A DNA stretch of 49,887 bases, taken from contig JBEVEC010000153.1 of the NCBI GenBank assembly GCA_040512975.1, positions 1 to 49,887 of the forward strand, in the 5' to 3' direction. Source of the DNA: Tardiphaga sp. (GTDB taxonomy: Bacteria > Pseudomonadota > Alphaproteobacteria > Rhizobiales > Xanthobacteraceae). Below, piece after piece: positions 16,738 through 26,365 of this stretch; position 1 is the first letter of the stretch, and the number at the start of each line of letters is the position of its first letter. The position numbers and the translations under genes were made by a program. Under the pieces are notes generated by a model. The model had not been told where the DNA came from. It saw only the letters and a program-made list of their open reading frames with translations, and made no database searches.

Positions 16738-17103
16738 TTACGGACGGCCGGACAGGCCCGCCGCGATGTTGCGGTTGATGTCGATCAGCGACTGCAGCGC
16801 GCCAACCTCGCGCTTGTGCTGGAGCGCGGTGCACTGGGTCAGCACGAAGATGCCGATATTGGCGATGTTCTGACGGATCTCGATCGACTCGGGATTGGCG
16901 TCGTTGATGGCGTCGCCGACGAAGATCGACCAGAGCTTGCGGTTGAACAGCAGCGCCTCGTCGAGGCCGGAATCGGTATCGGCCCAGTTCGTCATCACGT
17001 CCTGGAGCTTGCGGGCTGCCTTCAGCAGGGCTTGCGCTTCGATGTCTCGTGGTGTCGCCGTCGTCTGGGCAGTACGCGCATAGGCCTGGGCACCAAACGA
17101 CAT
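16738..17103 (-). CDS. flaF: Flagellin regulator FlaF
   Basis: AYARTA, PRDIEAQALLKAA, ALLFNRKLW and LIDINRNIAAGL motifs. Confidence 0.95.
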   Translation of the reverse strand: MSFGAQAYARTAQTTATPRDIEAQALLKAARKLQDVMTNWADTDSGLDEALLFNRKLWSIFVGDAINDANPESIEIRQNIANIGIFVLTQCTALQHKREVGALQSLIDINRNIAAGLSGRP

Positions 17104-17107
17104 GAAA

Positions 17108-17485
17108 TCACCTCAGAAGGTCTTCTTCCCGCTTGATCAGCGGGCGCAATTCTCTCAGTGCTTTGTAGAGGCCGCCGCTTAAAATTAACTTACTGACACC
17201 TTCGATCGGCTCGCGAAAACTCGGCACCGCCTCGATTAATTCCTTGATGAAGCCGAGATACAGCTCCTGGTACGCGGGGATGTCGTTTTCCAGATACATC
17301 ATCTGCACGCAGAGATAGATCCGCTTCACCGGCGTGTTCGCCGTCTCCGCGGTGAGGATGTCCTTTTCCCGCAGAATCGGCGCATCGCCGTCGATCAGGA
17401 ACGCCGTGCGGGTGTCGGAATTGGTGATCACGCTTTGACCGATGATGATTCGCTCACCCGGCTTCAGCTCTACTCGCAAGGGCAT
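17108..17485 (-). CDS. flbT: Flagellin translational regulator FlbT
   Basis: MPLRVELKPGERIIIG, ILREKDI, ANTPVKRIY and YKALRELRPLI motifs. Confidence 0.95.
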   Translation of the reverse strand: MPLRVELKPGERIIIGQSVITNSDTRTAFLIDGDAPILREKDILTAETANTPVKRIYLCVQMMYLENDIPAYQELYLGFIKELIEAVPSFREPIEGVSKLILSGGLYKALRELRPLIKREEDLLR

Positions 17486-17587
17486 TCAGCTCTCCTTCCC
17501 GCGCCATCCTGGAACCCCAGAAATACGCTGACCGATCGAATAATGCCAGCGCCGGCGGAAAATCCGCGAATCGGACACCCGAACGCG

Positions 17588-17614
17588 AAAACGGCGGGGT
17601 TTCCCCCGCCGTTT
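17588..17614 (-). terminator. Intrinsic terminator after the downstream flagellin
   Basis: AAAACGGCGGGG-TTTC-CCCCGCCGTTT. Confidence 0.75.
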
Positions 17615-17638
17615 GGCTGATCTCAATGAAGCGGCCGC

Positions 17639-19894
17639 TTACTGGAGCAGCTTGAGCACGCTCTGCTGCGACTGGTTGGCCAGCGCCAGCGCGGACACCG
17701 CGATCGACTGCCGGGTCGACAGCGCCTGGCTGTTGGCGGCTTCCTCATTGGTGTCGGCCAGCGTCAGGTTGGACGAGCCGGTCTGCAGCACGTTGATCAG
17801 GTTCTTGGCGAAATCCTGCCGGATCTGCACGATCGACAGGTTCGAGCCGAGCGACGAGGCCTGCGCGCGCAGCGCCGAACCTGCGGCATTCAGCGAGGCC
17901 AGCGTCTTGTTGGCCGAGGCGTTGTCGATGAAGTCGGCGCCGGACACCAGCGTCGGCAGGCCGAGGCCCGCCGGGGTCAGCTGGGTGCCGTTGATGTTCA
18001 GGGTCGAGGTGCCGGTTTCGTTGAACACCAGCTTCAGCGTGTCGCCGTTCAGGAGGTTGACGCCGTTGAACGAGGAGTCCTGCGAGGTCGTGGTGATCTG
18101 GTTGATGATGTTGTTGTACTGCGCGACGTAGTTGGCGCGGGTCGCCTGCGACACGGTGTCGACCACCGGCGGCTGCGCGGTGGTGAAGGTCAGCGAGCTG
18201 GTCGCGGTGCCGCCGATCGCGCCACCGTCTTCCACCGAGCCGAGGGTCGAGGACGCGTAGTCGTTGATCGTGGTGATGACGAGCTGGCTGTTGGCATCCA
18301 GCGTCGCCGACATGTTGTTGGCCTGCAGCGCCACGTTGAGCTGCGCCAGTGTCTTGACGGTGCCGTTGGTGCCGTCGCCGAAGGTGACGTTGACCGGCGT
18401 GCCGCCCTTGAACGACGAGAAAGACAGTGTCTTGCCGCTGATGCCACCCATGCCGGCATTTCGGGTCGCCGCGAAGGTGGTCGCCGTGCCGGTGTTGCCG
18501 GCAAGGCCCAGCGAGGTCAGTGCGTTGCCGGTGCCGGAGATGGTCAGGTCGGAGGTCGTGCCGGTCGAGATCTGCAGCGCGCCGCTGATGATCTGCGAGG
18601 CGACGCCGGTGCCCGTGCCGAGCGCAAACGAGCCGTTGGCGGCGATGGTCGCCTTCTGCGCGCCGGTTGCGATATCGATGGCACTGAGCACATCCTGCAT
18701 GCTGCCGTTCTGCAGGTAGACCGTCGAATTGCCGGCGCCGTCGGTAACGACGCCGTTGAGCACGCCCGAGCCGGTCGGCAGGTTGGCGGCCAGCGGCGGC
18801 ACGGCGTTCTTGAAGGTGATGGTCTTGCCGTTGACGTTGAGCGTCGAACCGTCCTGGATCGGGCTGCCGAGCGCGGTCGCGGTGACCTGGCGGCCCTGGG
18901 TCACGGTGGCGGTGCCGGAACCGACCGACGAGGTCAGGCCGAGTGCGTTGAGCAGGTCCGAGCGGCCGGAGACGCTGAGGTCGGAGCCGGTGCCGGTGGT
19001 CAGGGTCAGCACGCCGGTCGCGATGGCGGCGTTGGTGCCCGACGAGTTGCTGAGCGTGGCGGCGCCGTTGGTGATGACGGCCTTCTGCACGCCGCTGGCG
19101 AGATCGATGGCGTTGGTCAGGTCCTGCACGGTCGCCGCGGGCGTCGTGTTGGAGCCGAGATAAACCGTGCTGTTGCCGGTGCCGTCGGTGACGACATTGC
19201 CCGACACGCCGGAGCCTGCGGGGATGACGGCCGAGGCCGGGGTGCCGGCGCGGAACGTGATGGTCTTGCCGTTCACCGACATCGTCTCGCCGTCGACCGG
19301 CGCGCCGTTGGCGGCGATGGTGGTGGCGCTTGGCGTGCCGAGCAACGTCAGGCCCGGCGCGAGCGTCGCCGCGGTGCCGGCGCCGTTCTTGCCGGCGACG
19401 CCGACCAGCGATGTCGAGGTCGCGCCCAGCGTGGTCGCCGCGGTGATCGGATGTGCGCCGCCGGTGGTGCCGTCGGTGATGACCTTGGAGACCGCATTGG
19501 CGCTGGTGAAGCTGGTGGTGCCGCGCATGTCGTCGGGCGTCGCGCCCGCGATGGTGGTCGAGACGTTCGACTTGGTGGAGTAGCCAACCGTGGTCTGCAG
19601 CGCCTGGTTGGCGATCGACTTGGCCGAGTCGATCAGCTTCTGCAGCGAGGTGATGCCGGTATTGGCGGCCTGCAGGATTTGCACGCCGTTGCCGATGCCG
19701 TCGAGCAGGTTGTTGATATCACTGGCGCGGCTGTCGAGCCCGGCTGCGGTGAAGAAATTCGTTGGATTGTCGAGCGCCGTATTGACCTTCTTGCCCGAGG
19801 CAAGCCGGTTCTGCGTGGTCGACAGGAGGTCTGCGGTCGATTGCAACGAAAGCAGGTTCTGACGAACCGAGCTCGAGAGGACGATGCCTGACAT
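17639..19894 (-). CDS. fliC: Flagellin (751 aa) with duplicated central domains
   Basis: N-terminus LSSSVRQNLLSLQSTADLL..TQNRLASGKKVN. C-terminus LTLADTNEEAANSQALSTRQ...SVLKLLQ. Confidence 0.95.
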   Translation of the reverse strand: MSGIVLSSSVRQNLLSLQSTADLLSTTQNRLASGKKVNTALDNPTNFFTAAGLDSRASDINNLLDGIGNGVQILQAANTGITSLQKLIDSAKSIANQALQTTVGYSTKSNVSTTIAGATPDDMRGTTSFTSANAVSKVITDGTTGGAHPITAATTLGATSTSLVGVAGKNGAGTAATLAPGLTLLGTPSATTIAANGAPVDGETMSVNGKTITFRAGTPASAVIPAGSGVSGNVVTDGTGNSTVYLGSNTTPAATVQDLTNAIDLASGVQKAVITNGAATLSNSSGTNAAIATGVLTLTTGTGSDLSVSGRSDLLNALGLTSSVGSGTATVTQGRQVTATALGSPIQDGSTLNVNGKTITFKNAVPPLAANLPTGSGVLNGVVTDGAGNSTVYLQNGSMQDVLSAIDIATGAQKATIAANGSFALGTGTGVASQIISGALQISTGTTSDLTISGTGNALTSLGLAGNTGTATTFAATRNAGMGGISGKTLSFSSFKGGTPVNVTFGDGTNGTVKTLAQLNVALQANNMSATLDANSQLVITTINDYASSTLGSVEDGGAIGGTATSSLTFTTAQPPVVDTVSQATRANYVAQYNNIINQITTTSQDSSFNGVNLLNGDTLKLVFNETGTSTLNINGTQLTPAGLGLPTLVSGADFIDNASANKTLASLNAAGSALRAQASSLGSNLSIVQIRQDFAKNLINVLQTGSSNLTLADTNEEAANSQALSTRQSIAVSALALANQSQQSVLKLLQ

Positions 19895-20109
19895 AGTGGT
19901 AGCCTTCCTGTTCCCCGCGAACGCAGACCTTCGGGTCTGACGACGCTTGGTACGTCCGGGCAGGACTGGTCCTGCCGTGACGTTGCCGGTGAAGTTTGAC
20001 GCCCTTCTGGAAGAGGAATCTCGGCCCGCCTGACGGCGACTCCGGATTAAACGCGGCCGATTCTCGGCCTACCTGCTTCCTACATAGTCCGACTATGGAT
20101 CCCGACACT

Positions 20110-20149
20110 TTAAAATAAGGTTAACGCCGGCTTAAGAAGCTGGATTAAC
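20110..20149. promoter_or_regulatory. Tandem CtrA site array upstream of the 751-aa flagellin
   Basis: TTAA-N7-TTAA-N7-TTAA-N9-TTAAC. Confidence 0.75.
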
Positions 20150-20163
20150 GGATCGAAAATACG

Positions 20164-20260
20164 AAAAAGGCCCGGAAAACAAAGTTTTTCCGGGCCGATC
20201 TTCGATCTGCTTTGAAATGCCTCAGACATGAAAACGGCGGGGCTTTCTGCCCCGCCGCTT
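20164..20260 (-). terminator. Two terminator hairpins after the upstream flagellin
   Basis: AAAACGGCGGGGC..GCCCCGCCG (20231-20257) and AAAAA-GGCCCGGAAAA..TTTTCCGGGCC (20164-20196). Confidence 0.65.
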
Positions 20261-20284
20261 CCTCTGGAGTTCAGTGCGCCGGGT

Positions 20285-22570
20285 TTAGCGGAGCAGCTGG
20301 AGAACGCCCTGCTGCGACTGGTTGGCCAGCGACAGCGCGGAGACGGCGATCGACTGGCGGGTCGACAGCGCCTGGCTGTTGGCCGCTTCCTCGTTGGTGT
20401 CGGCGAGCGTCAGGTTCGACGCACCGGTCTGCAGCACGTTGATCAGGTTCTTCGAGAAGTCCTGACGGGTCTGCACGATCGAGAGGTTCGAACCGAAAGC
20501 CGAAGCCTGGGCGCGCAGCGTCGACGAAGCGTTGTTCAGGGTGGTGAGCACCTTGTTCGTCGCGGTGTTGTCCAGGAAGTCGGAGCCCTTTGTCAGGCTC
20601 GACAGGCCAAGGCCCGCCGCTCCGTCGTCAACGCCGGTGATGTTCAGCGTGGACTTGCCGGTTTCGTTGAACGTCAGCTTCAGCGTATCGCCGCCGAGCA
20701 GGTTGACGCCGTTGAACGACGCATCCTGGGAGGTGGTGGTGATCTGCGTCAGGATGCCGTTGAACTGATCGACCAGGCTGGCGCGGGTGGCCTGCGCGGT
20801 CGCGTCTTCCACCGGATCCTTCGGCGTGGTGAAGGTCAGCGTGTCCTTGAGCGTGCCGCCGATGGCGCCACCAGCCGTTGCCGAACCCAAAGTCGACGAA
20901 GCGAAGTCGTTCGAAGCAGCGATCTTCAGCAGGCCGCTGGCATCGACCGTGGCGGTCAGGTTGTTCGCCGACAGCTTGTCGTTGAGCTGGTTCAGCGACT
21001 TGACCGTGCCGTTGGTGCCGTCGCCGAAGGTTACGTCGACCGCCTTGCCGCCGTTGAACGACGTGAAGCTCAGGGTCTTGCCCGAGACACCGCCGGTGCC
21101 GGCCGAACGCGAGGCGTTGAACGACAGGTCCGTTCCGGTCGCACCCTTCAGGCCGAGCGCCGCCAGGGCATTGCCCGTGCCGGTGATCGCCAGATCGGAA
21201 GCGGTACCGGTCGAGATCTTCAGCGCGCCGCTGGCGACCGAAGAAGCCGTACCCGTGTTGGTCACGGTGGCGACATTGGTCGCAATCGTGGCCGAGCTCA
21301 CGCCGGTGGCGAGGTCGATGGCGGCCGTCAGGTCGGCAAGCGTGCCGCCCTGCAGGAACACCGTCGAGTTGCCCTTGCCGTCGGTGGCGTAGTTGGAGCC
21401 CGAGGGCTTGCCGTAGCCGGTCGGGATGGCGTTGACGTCGGCAGCATTCGCGTTCTTGAACGTGATGGTCTTGCCGTTGACGTTCAGCGTCGAGCCGTCC
21501 TGGATCAGCGAGCCGGTGGAGCCAGTCGCCGAGGCGCGGGATGCGCCCACGGTGGTCTGGGCGGTGCCCGTCGAAGCCGTGAGGTTCAGCGTCTTGAGCA
21601 GATCGGCGGAGCCGGTGATCGAGAGATCAGCGCCCGTCGAGCTCTTCAGCGAAACGATACCAGCGCCGATCGTGCTGGCGGTACCGGAGAGCGTACCAAC
21701 GCCCGACGCCACAGCCGACACGTAGCGGGTGCCGCTGGCAACGTCGACGGCAGCAAGCACGTCGCCGACCGTGGCAGCGGATTCAGCACCCGTGCCGAGG
21801 TAGACGGTCGAGTTGCCCGACGCATCGCTGACGACATTCGCACCGTCGCCAGTCGCGGCGAGGGTCTGGGAACCAGCAGCCAGGCTGCCGGCCGAAGGAA
21901 CCGCAGCGGCCTTGAAGGTGATGGTCTTGCCGTTCACGTTCAGCGTCGCGCCGTCGGTGAACTTCGAAGTGGCCTGCGTGCTGAGACCATTGCCGGTCGC
22001 GCCGCCTGCCGAGAACAGCAGCGTTCCAGCCGTAATCGCCGGGGTGCCGGTGCCGTTGCCGGCGACGGCGCCGGAAGCAACCAGCGTTCCCGCCGTGCCG
22101 CCGAGGGTCGAGGACCCGGTCGCAGCGGTCGTACCGCCAGCCGCACCCGAGAATACGACGTTACCAAGCGCGCTGGCGCTGGTGTAGGTCGTGGTGCCGA
22201 GCAGGTTGTCGGCGGTCGCACCGGTGATCGTGGTGGAGACGTTGGACTTCTCGGAATAGCCGCCGGTGGTCTGCAGCGCCTGGTTGGCGATGGACTTGGC
22301 GGAGTCGACCAGCTTCTGCAGCGAGGTGATGCCGGTGTTGGCAGCCTGGATGATCTGCACGCCGTTGCCGATGCCATCGAGCAGGTTGTTGATGTCGCTG
22401 GCGCGGTTGTTCAGGCCCTGGGCCGTGAAGAAGTTCGTGGGATTGTCGAGCGCCGAGTTGACCTTGTTACCGGTCGAGAGGCGGTTCTGGGTGGTGGAGA
22501 GGAGGTCCGCGGTCGACTGCAGTGAGAGCAGGTTCTGACGAACGGAGGACGAGAGTGTAATGCCGGACAT
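20285..22570 (-). CDS. fliC: Flagellin (761 aa) with duplicated central domains
   Basis: Same conserved N- and C-termini as 17639-19894, with a divergent centre. Confidence 0.95.
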   Translation of the reverse strand: MSGITLSSSVRQNLLSLQSTADLLSTTQNRLSTGNKVNSALDNPTNFFTAQGLNNRASDINNLLDGIGNGVQIIQAANTGITSLQKLVDSAKSIANQALQTTGGYSEKSNVSTTITGATADNLLGTTTYTSASALGNVVFSGAAGGTTAATGSSTLGGTAGTLVASGAVAGNGTGTPAITAGTLLFSAGGATGNGLSTQATSKFTDGATLNVNGKTITFKAAAVPSAGSLAAGSQTLAATGDGANVVSDASGNSTVYLGTGAESAATVGDVLAAVDVASGTRYVSAVASGVGTLSGTASTIGAGIVSLKSSTGADLSITGSADLLKTLNLTASTGTAQTTVGASRASATGSTGSLIQDGSTLNVNGKTITFKNANAADVNAIPTGYGKPSGSNYATDGKGNSTVFLQGGTLADLTAAIDLATGVSSATIATNVATVTNTGTASSVASGALKISTGTASDLAITGTGNALAALGLKGATGTDLSFNASRSAGTGGVSGKTLSFTSFNGGKAVDVTFGDGTNGTVKSLNQLNDKLSANNLTATVDASGLLKIAASNDFASSTLGSATAGGAIGGTLKDTLTFTTPKDPVEDATAQATRASLVDQFNGILTQITTTSQDASFNGVNLLGGDTLKLTFNETGKSTLNITGVDDGAAGLGLSSLTKGSDFLDNTATNKVLTTLNNASSTLRAQASAFGSNLSIVQTRQDFSKNLINVLQTGASNLTLADTNEEAANSQALSTRQSIAVSALSLANQSQQGVLQLLR

Positions 22571-22715
22571 GTTTGGTTACCTTCCTGGTAGACACAACAG
22601 CGACCTTCTTGGTCGACAGAGGGGAAGATGACCTGCAGGTTCTAACATTGCGTAAAAGGAACCGGTCAAAATGAACACCCCCGGTGCGTGTATTCACATA
22701 CGCATGCGCGCGCTG

Positions 22716-22757
22716 AAACGACAAAGCCCGGCTCGCGAGAGCCGGGCTTTGTCGTTT
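22716..22757 (-). terminator. Intrinsic terminator after flgL
   Basis: AAACGACAAAGCCCGGCTC..GAGCCGGGCTTTGTCGTTT. Confidence 0.8.
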
Positions 22758-22852
22758 GATATCAGGCGCTTCCTACCATCGAACCAGCAAGGACACCGGC
22801 CACGTTCGCGGGCCGCTCTGCACCGGATAGGTTGCAGGTTCAGGCCCGCCGG

Positions 22853-24433
22853 TTAAAGAAACTTAACCAGGCTCATCTGATAGAGTTGCGAGGTCGTTTG
22901 ATAGGACGCCTGCAAGGCCGTCTGCAGCGCCAGGATCTTGGTCGCGACTTCGTCGTTGTTGATGCCCTCGATCGAGTCGAGCATCGTCTGGGCCATCGCC
23001 TTGGACTGCACCTGGCGATCGGTGGTGGACTTGATCGACGCCTGCGCGCCCGCGAAATCCGCCTGGAGGTCCTGAATCGTCTGGGTGCCGGGGATTACCG
23101 CAAGGTTCTGCGCCACCCGGGTGTTCAGCGCCGCGATCTTGCCGCTGGCATTGACGTCGGTCACGCTGGTGGTGACCGCGGCGAACACCGCGACGTTCTG
23201 CAGCTGGGTGCGCAAGGCCTGCTCGTCGGCGCGGGCGCCGTATTGCACGGTGATGGAGCCGTCGATCTGCGACACCGAGGAGCCGCGCGCCGAACCGTTG
23301 GCCGCTGTGTTCTGCTCGCCATTATACCAGATCACCGTATTGGCGGGCGTGCCGGCCACCAGCGCGGTCGCCGAACTCGCCGGCGAGGTGCTCACCCGCA
23401 TCGGCGGCTGGTCGAAGAATTCATTGCCGGCCTGGATCGCGGACGCCGCCAGCATCGGACCGTTGGCAAGGTTCTTCACTGCGGTGGTGAGCGCGGTGTT
23501 CAGCGAGGTCGTGGTCGCCGTGGAGTCGGCGCCGATCGGGAAGCTGCCGGTCGGGGTCGGCGTCTGCGACGACGCCGTCAGCACGATGTCTTCAGACGTG
23601 CCGTCGGGCATCGTGAAGCTGAACTTGAACTGGTCGCCCTCCTTCGCATTGGTGGCGCCGAGATCGACCGTCATCGCCACCGGCGACGGCGGGGTCGGCG
23701 GCACGGTCTGCGGCACCGGCGGCGGCGGCGTCGGCGTCGGCTGCGTGACGGTCGCGGTGGTGCTGGTGGTGGAGATGGCGCTGAGCTTGATGCCGAACGG
23801 TGTCGCGGCTACCGGCGGCGTCGCCGTGGGATCGGCGGCAAAGTCCTCGCCGATCTGGATCGAGGTCGGCGTCGGCTGGCTTTGCAGGATATGGCCGTTG
23901 CCGGCGGTGCCGAGATCGGCCTGCCCGCGCTCGGTAATGACCTGCTTCAGGCCGGCGATGGCCGCGCCGTTGCCGTTCATGATCTGGTCGGCGGGAGCGA
24001 CCGGCGCCGTATCGGTGGCGCGGCCGGAAAACAGATAGCGATCGCCCGACTGGGCGTTGAGCATGTCGACGGAGTCGTAGAAGTCCAGCGACGCCGTCTT
24101 CTGCCCGGCGGTCTGGCCGGTATTGTCCAGCGTGCTGCCGGCACTGACGGCGGCGCCCTTCACTTCCGAGCCGATCGCCACCAGCCGCTGCAGCGACAGG
24201 TTGGCGACGCCGATCCGGGTGTTCAGGTTGGTCGCCGTGTCGGCATAGGACGCGATGTTGCTGATCTGCGACCGCAGGCCGATCGCCAGCCCCCTGCCCG
24301 TGCCGTCGCCGGCATAGGTGTTCGAGATTTTTCCGGAGGCAAGCTGCTGCGTCAGCGTATCGAGCTGATTGCGCAGGTCCATGATGCCCGAGCCGATATA
24401 GGATGTCCGTCCGCTGACGCCGCTGATTGTCAT
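22853..24433 (-). CDS. flgL: Hook-filament junction protein FlgL (HAP3)
   Basis: QQLASGK, LNAQSGDRYLFSG and LQTALQASYQTTSQLYQMSLVKFL. Follows flgK. Confidence 0.88.
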   Translation of the reverse strand: MTISGVSGRTSYIGSGIMDLRNQLDTLTQQLASGKISNTYAGDGTGRGLAIGLRSQISNIASYADTATNLNTRIGVANLSLQRLVAIGSEVKGAAVSAGSTLDNTGQTAGQKTASLDFYDSVDMLNAQSGDRYLFSGRATDTAPVAPADQIMNGNGAAIAGLKQVITERGQADLGTAGNGHILQSQPTPTSIQIGEDFAADPTATPPVAATPFGIKLSAISTTSTTATVTQPTPTPPPPVPQTVPPTPPSPVAMTVDLGATNAKEGDQFKFSFTMPDGTSEDIVLTASSQTPTPTGSFPIGADSTATTTSLNTALTTAVKNLANGPMLAASAIQAGNEFFDQPPMRVSTSPASSATALVAGTPANTVIWYNGEQNTAANGSARGSSVSQIDGSITVQYGARADEQALRTQLQNVAVFAAVTTSVTDVNASGKIAALNTRVAQNLAVIPGTQTIQDLQADFAGAQASIKSTTDRQVQSKAMAQTMLDSIEGINNDEVATKILALQTALQASYQTTSQLYQMSLVKFL

Positions 24434-24440
24434 GACTGCC

Positions 24441-26309
24441 TCAGAATGCCTGCATCAGTGCTTTGTACATGTCGTTGACCGTGGTCATCACGCGCGCATT
24501 GGCCGAATAAGCGTTCTGCAGCGAGAGGAGATGGGCCATTTCGTCATCGATATTGACGCCGGACGCCGCCGACATCTTCTGGTCCAGCGTGTTGAGCACC
24601 ACGTTCTGGCCGTCGGACAGCTGCTGCGCCGACTGCGCGGCCGCGCCCTGCTGGGCGGTGAACTGCTGCATGTAGCTCAGCAGCGTGCCCTTGTACGGCG
24701 CGCTGCCGCTGCCGACGCCGGTCTCCGGCCCGTAGCTGAACGTCGCGTTGTTGAGCTGGTTCAGGATATAGGCCGACCGCGTCGTGTCGCCGGACAGCGT
24801 GTTGCTGCTGTAGATCACCAGCTTCGACGGATCGGACACCACCGCATTGTTGACGGTGATGCGGCCGGCGAGACCGGTCGACTGCGAACCGTTGACCGTG
24901 ATGGCGCCGGTATAGGCCGCGCCGTTGTCGTTGAACAAAGCAAGCTGCGGGTCGCCATTACTCATCGCCGTGCTGGTCGTCGTTACCGACGCCGCATCGA
25001 CAGTCGAGAAGTTGACGTTGTTCAGCACCGTCAGCTGCGTGCCGGTGTTGGAGAATTGCAGGTTCGAGCTGCCGAGCGCCGCGTTGAGCTGCGCGGTGAC
25101 CGACGCCATGCCGCCGGAGAAGTCGATGCCGACCACCGTGTCGTTGGCATTCGCCGTCGCCGAATTCGACAGCGGCAGCACCCGCGGATCGTCGACGCGC
25201 ACGATCGAGATCTGCTTCTGCGTATTGGTCGCCGTGTCGGTATAGGTCAGGTTGATGACGTTGCCCGACTTCATGTCGGCGGTGTCGACCTTGAAGCCCG
25301 CCTGCAGGCCGGACGTCGTCGCCGTGCCCGCCGTGGTCTTGTCGGACAGCGTGCTCGACATCGAGGCCGCGAACTGGTCGAGCTGGTTCTGTGCCTGCAC
25401 CAGCGTCTTGTCGCGCAGTTCGGTATAGGCCGCGATGGTGCCCGACTTGATCGCGCCCGTGGCGGTCAGGTCGATCGAGCCGCCGTTCGGGAAATCGATC
25501 TTGACCGAGCCCAGGCTGCTCTTGGTCGGGTCCGCGCTCCACGTCGTATTCGGCGAGACGGTGCCCTGCGCGTTGAACGACAGCGTCGCGGCCTCGTTGC
25601 CGACCAGCTGCACGCCGGATCCGGTGAACACCGTCACCTGGTTGGCGCCGTTGGTGCTGACGCGGATGTCCATCAGGCCGGACAGCTGCGTGATGTACTG
25701 GTCGCGCTGGTCGAGCAATGCGGCCGTTGACGGATCGGTGGAGGTGCCGCCGAGCGGATTGGCCGTCAACTGGTTGTTGATGGTGGCGATCTGCTTCATC
25801 AGCGTATTGGCGGTGGAGACGGCGTCGTTGATGCCGCTTTCCGCCGCGCCGCGCAGGGTCTGGATGCCCTGCGTCATCGAATTCAACTGCTGCGCCATGG
25901 TCTGCGCAGCGTTGATGACGCCGACGCGCGCGGCCTGGCTGTCGGCGCTGGTGGACAGCGCCTGCACGGCCGTGGTCAGGGTATTGAACGAATCCTCCAG
26001 CGTGCCGGTGTCGCCGGGATTGCCGTAGATGCTCTGCACCTGCGACAGGAAGCTCGCGCGCAGCGAGGCGTAGCCCGCGCCCGATGTCTCGGTGCGCAGC
26101 TGCGCCTGGATGTACTGGTCGAGTTCGCGGTTGACGCCGACGGTGCGGACGCCGCTGCCGGCGCCCGAATTGGTGGTGACCTGGTCGGTGGCCTTGCGAA
26201 CGTAGCCGGGCGTTTCCGCATTGGCGACGTTGGACGAGACCAGCGACATCGCGGCCTGGTTTGCACGCAGGCCAGACATGGCAATCGAGAGTGCGTCGTT
26301 CAGACTCAT
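24441..26309 (-). CDS. flgK: Hook-associated protein FlgK (HAP1)
   Basis: SSNVANAETPGYVRK, LLDQRD and SGVNIDDEMAHLLSLQNAYSANARV motifs. Confidence 0.95.
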   Translation of the reverse strand: MSLNDALSIAMSGLRANQAAMSLVSSNVANAETPGYVRKATDQVTTNSGAGSGVRTVGVNRELDQYIQAQLRTETSGAGYASLRASFLSQVQSIYGNPGDTGTLEDSFNTLTTAVQALSTSADSQAARVGVINAAQTMAQQLNSMTQGIQTLRGAAESGINDAVSTANTLMKQIATINNQLTANPLGGTSTDPSTAALLDQRDQYITQLSGLMDIRVSTNGANQVTVFTGSGVQLVGNEAATLSFNAQGTVSPNTTWSADPTKSSLGSVKIDFPNGGSIDLTATGAIKSGTIAAYTELRDKTLVQAQNQLDQFAASMSSTLSDKTTAGTATTSGLQAGFKVDTADMKSGNVINLTYTDTATNTQKQISIVRVDDPRVLPLSNSATANANDTVVGIDFSGGMASVTAQLNAALGSSNLQFSNTGTQLTVLNNVNFSTVDAASVTTTSTAMSNGDPQLALFNDNGAAYTGAITVNGSQSTGLAGRITVNNAVVSDPSKLVIYSSNTLSGDTTRSAYILNQLNNATFSYGPETGVGSGSAPYKGTLLSYMQQFTAQQGAAAQSAQQLSDGQNVVLNTLDQKMSAASGVNIDDEMAHLLSLQNAYSANARVMTTVNDMYKALMQAF

Positions 26310-26365
26310 AACTAACTGTCGCCCTCAACTAGCGAAAGGGGAGGCCCGCGGATGCGGGCGTCCGG

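Noticed and set aside
20228-22525. 765-aa ORF antisense to flagellin (likewise 22832-24478, 24432-25730, 40883-43375, 42370-44229, 44552-46126)
   Set aside because: Shadow ORFs expected from high-GC codon bias opposite well-supported genes, with no recognisable motifs.
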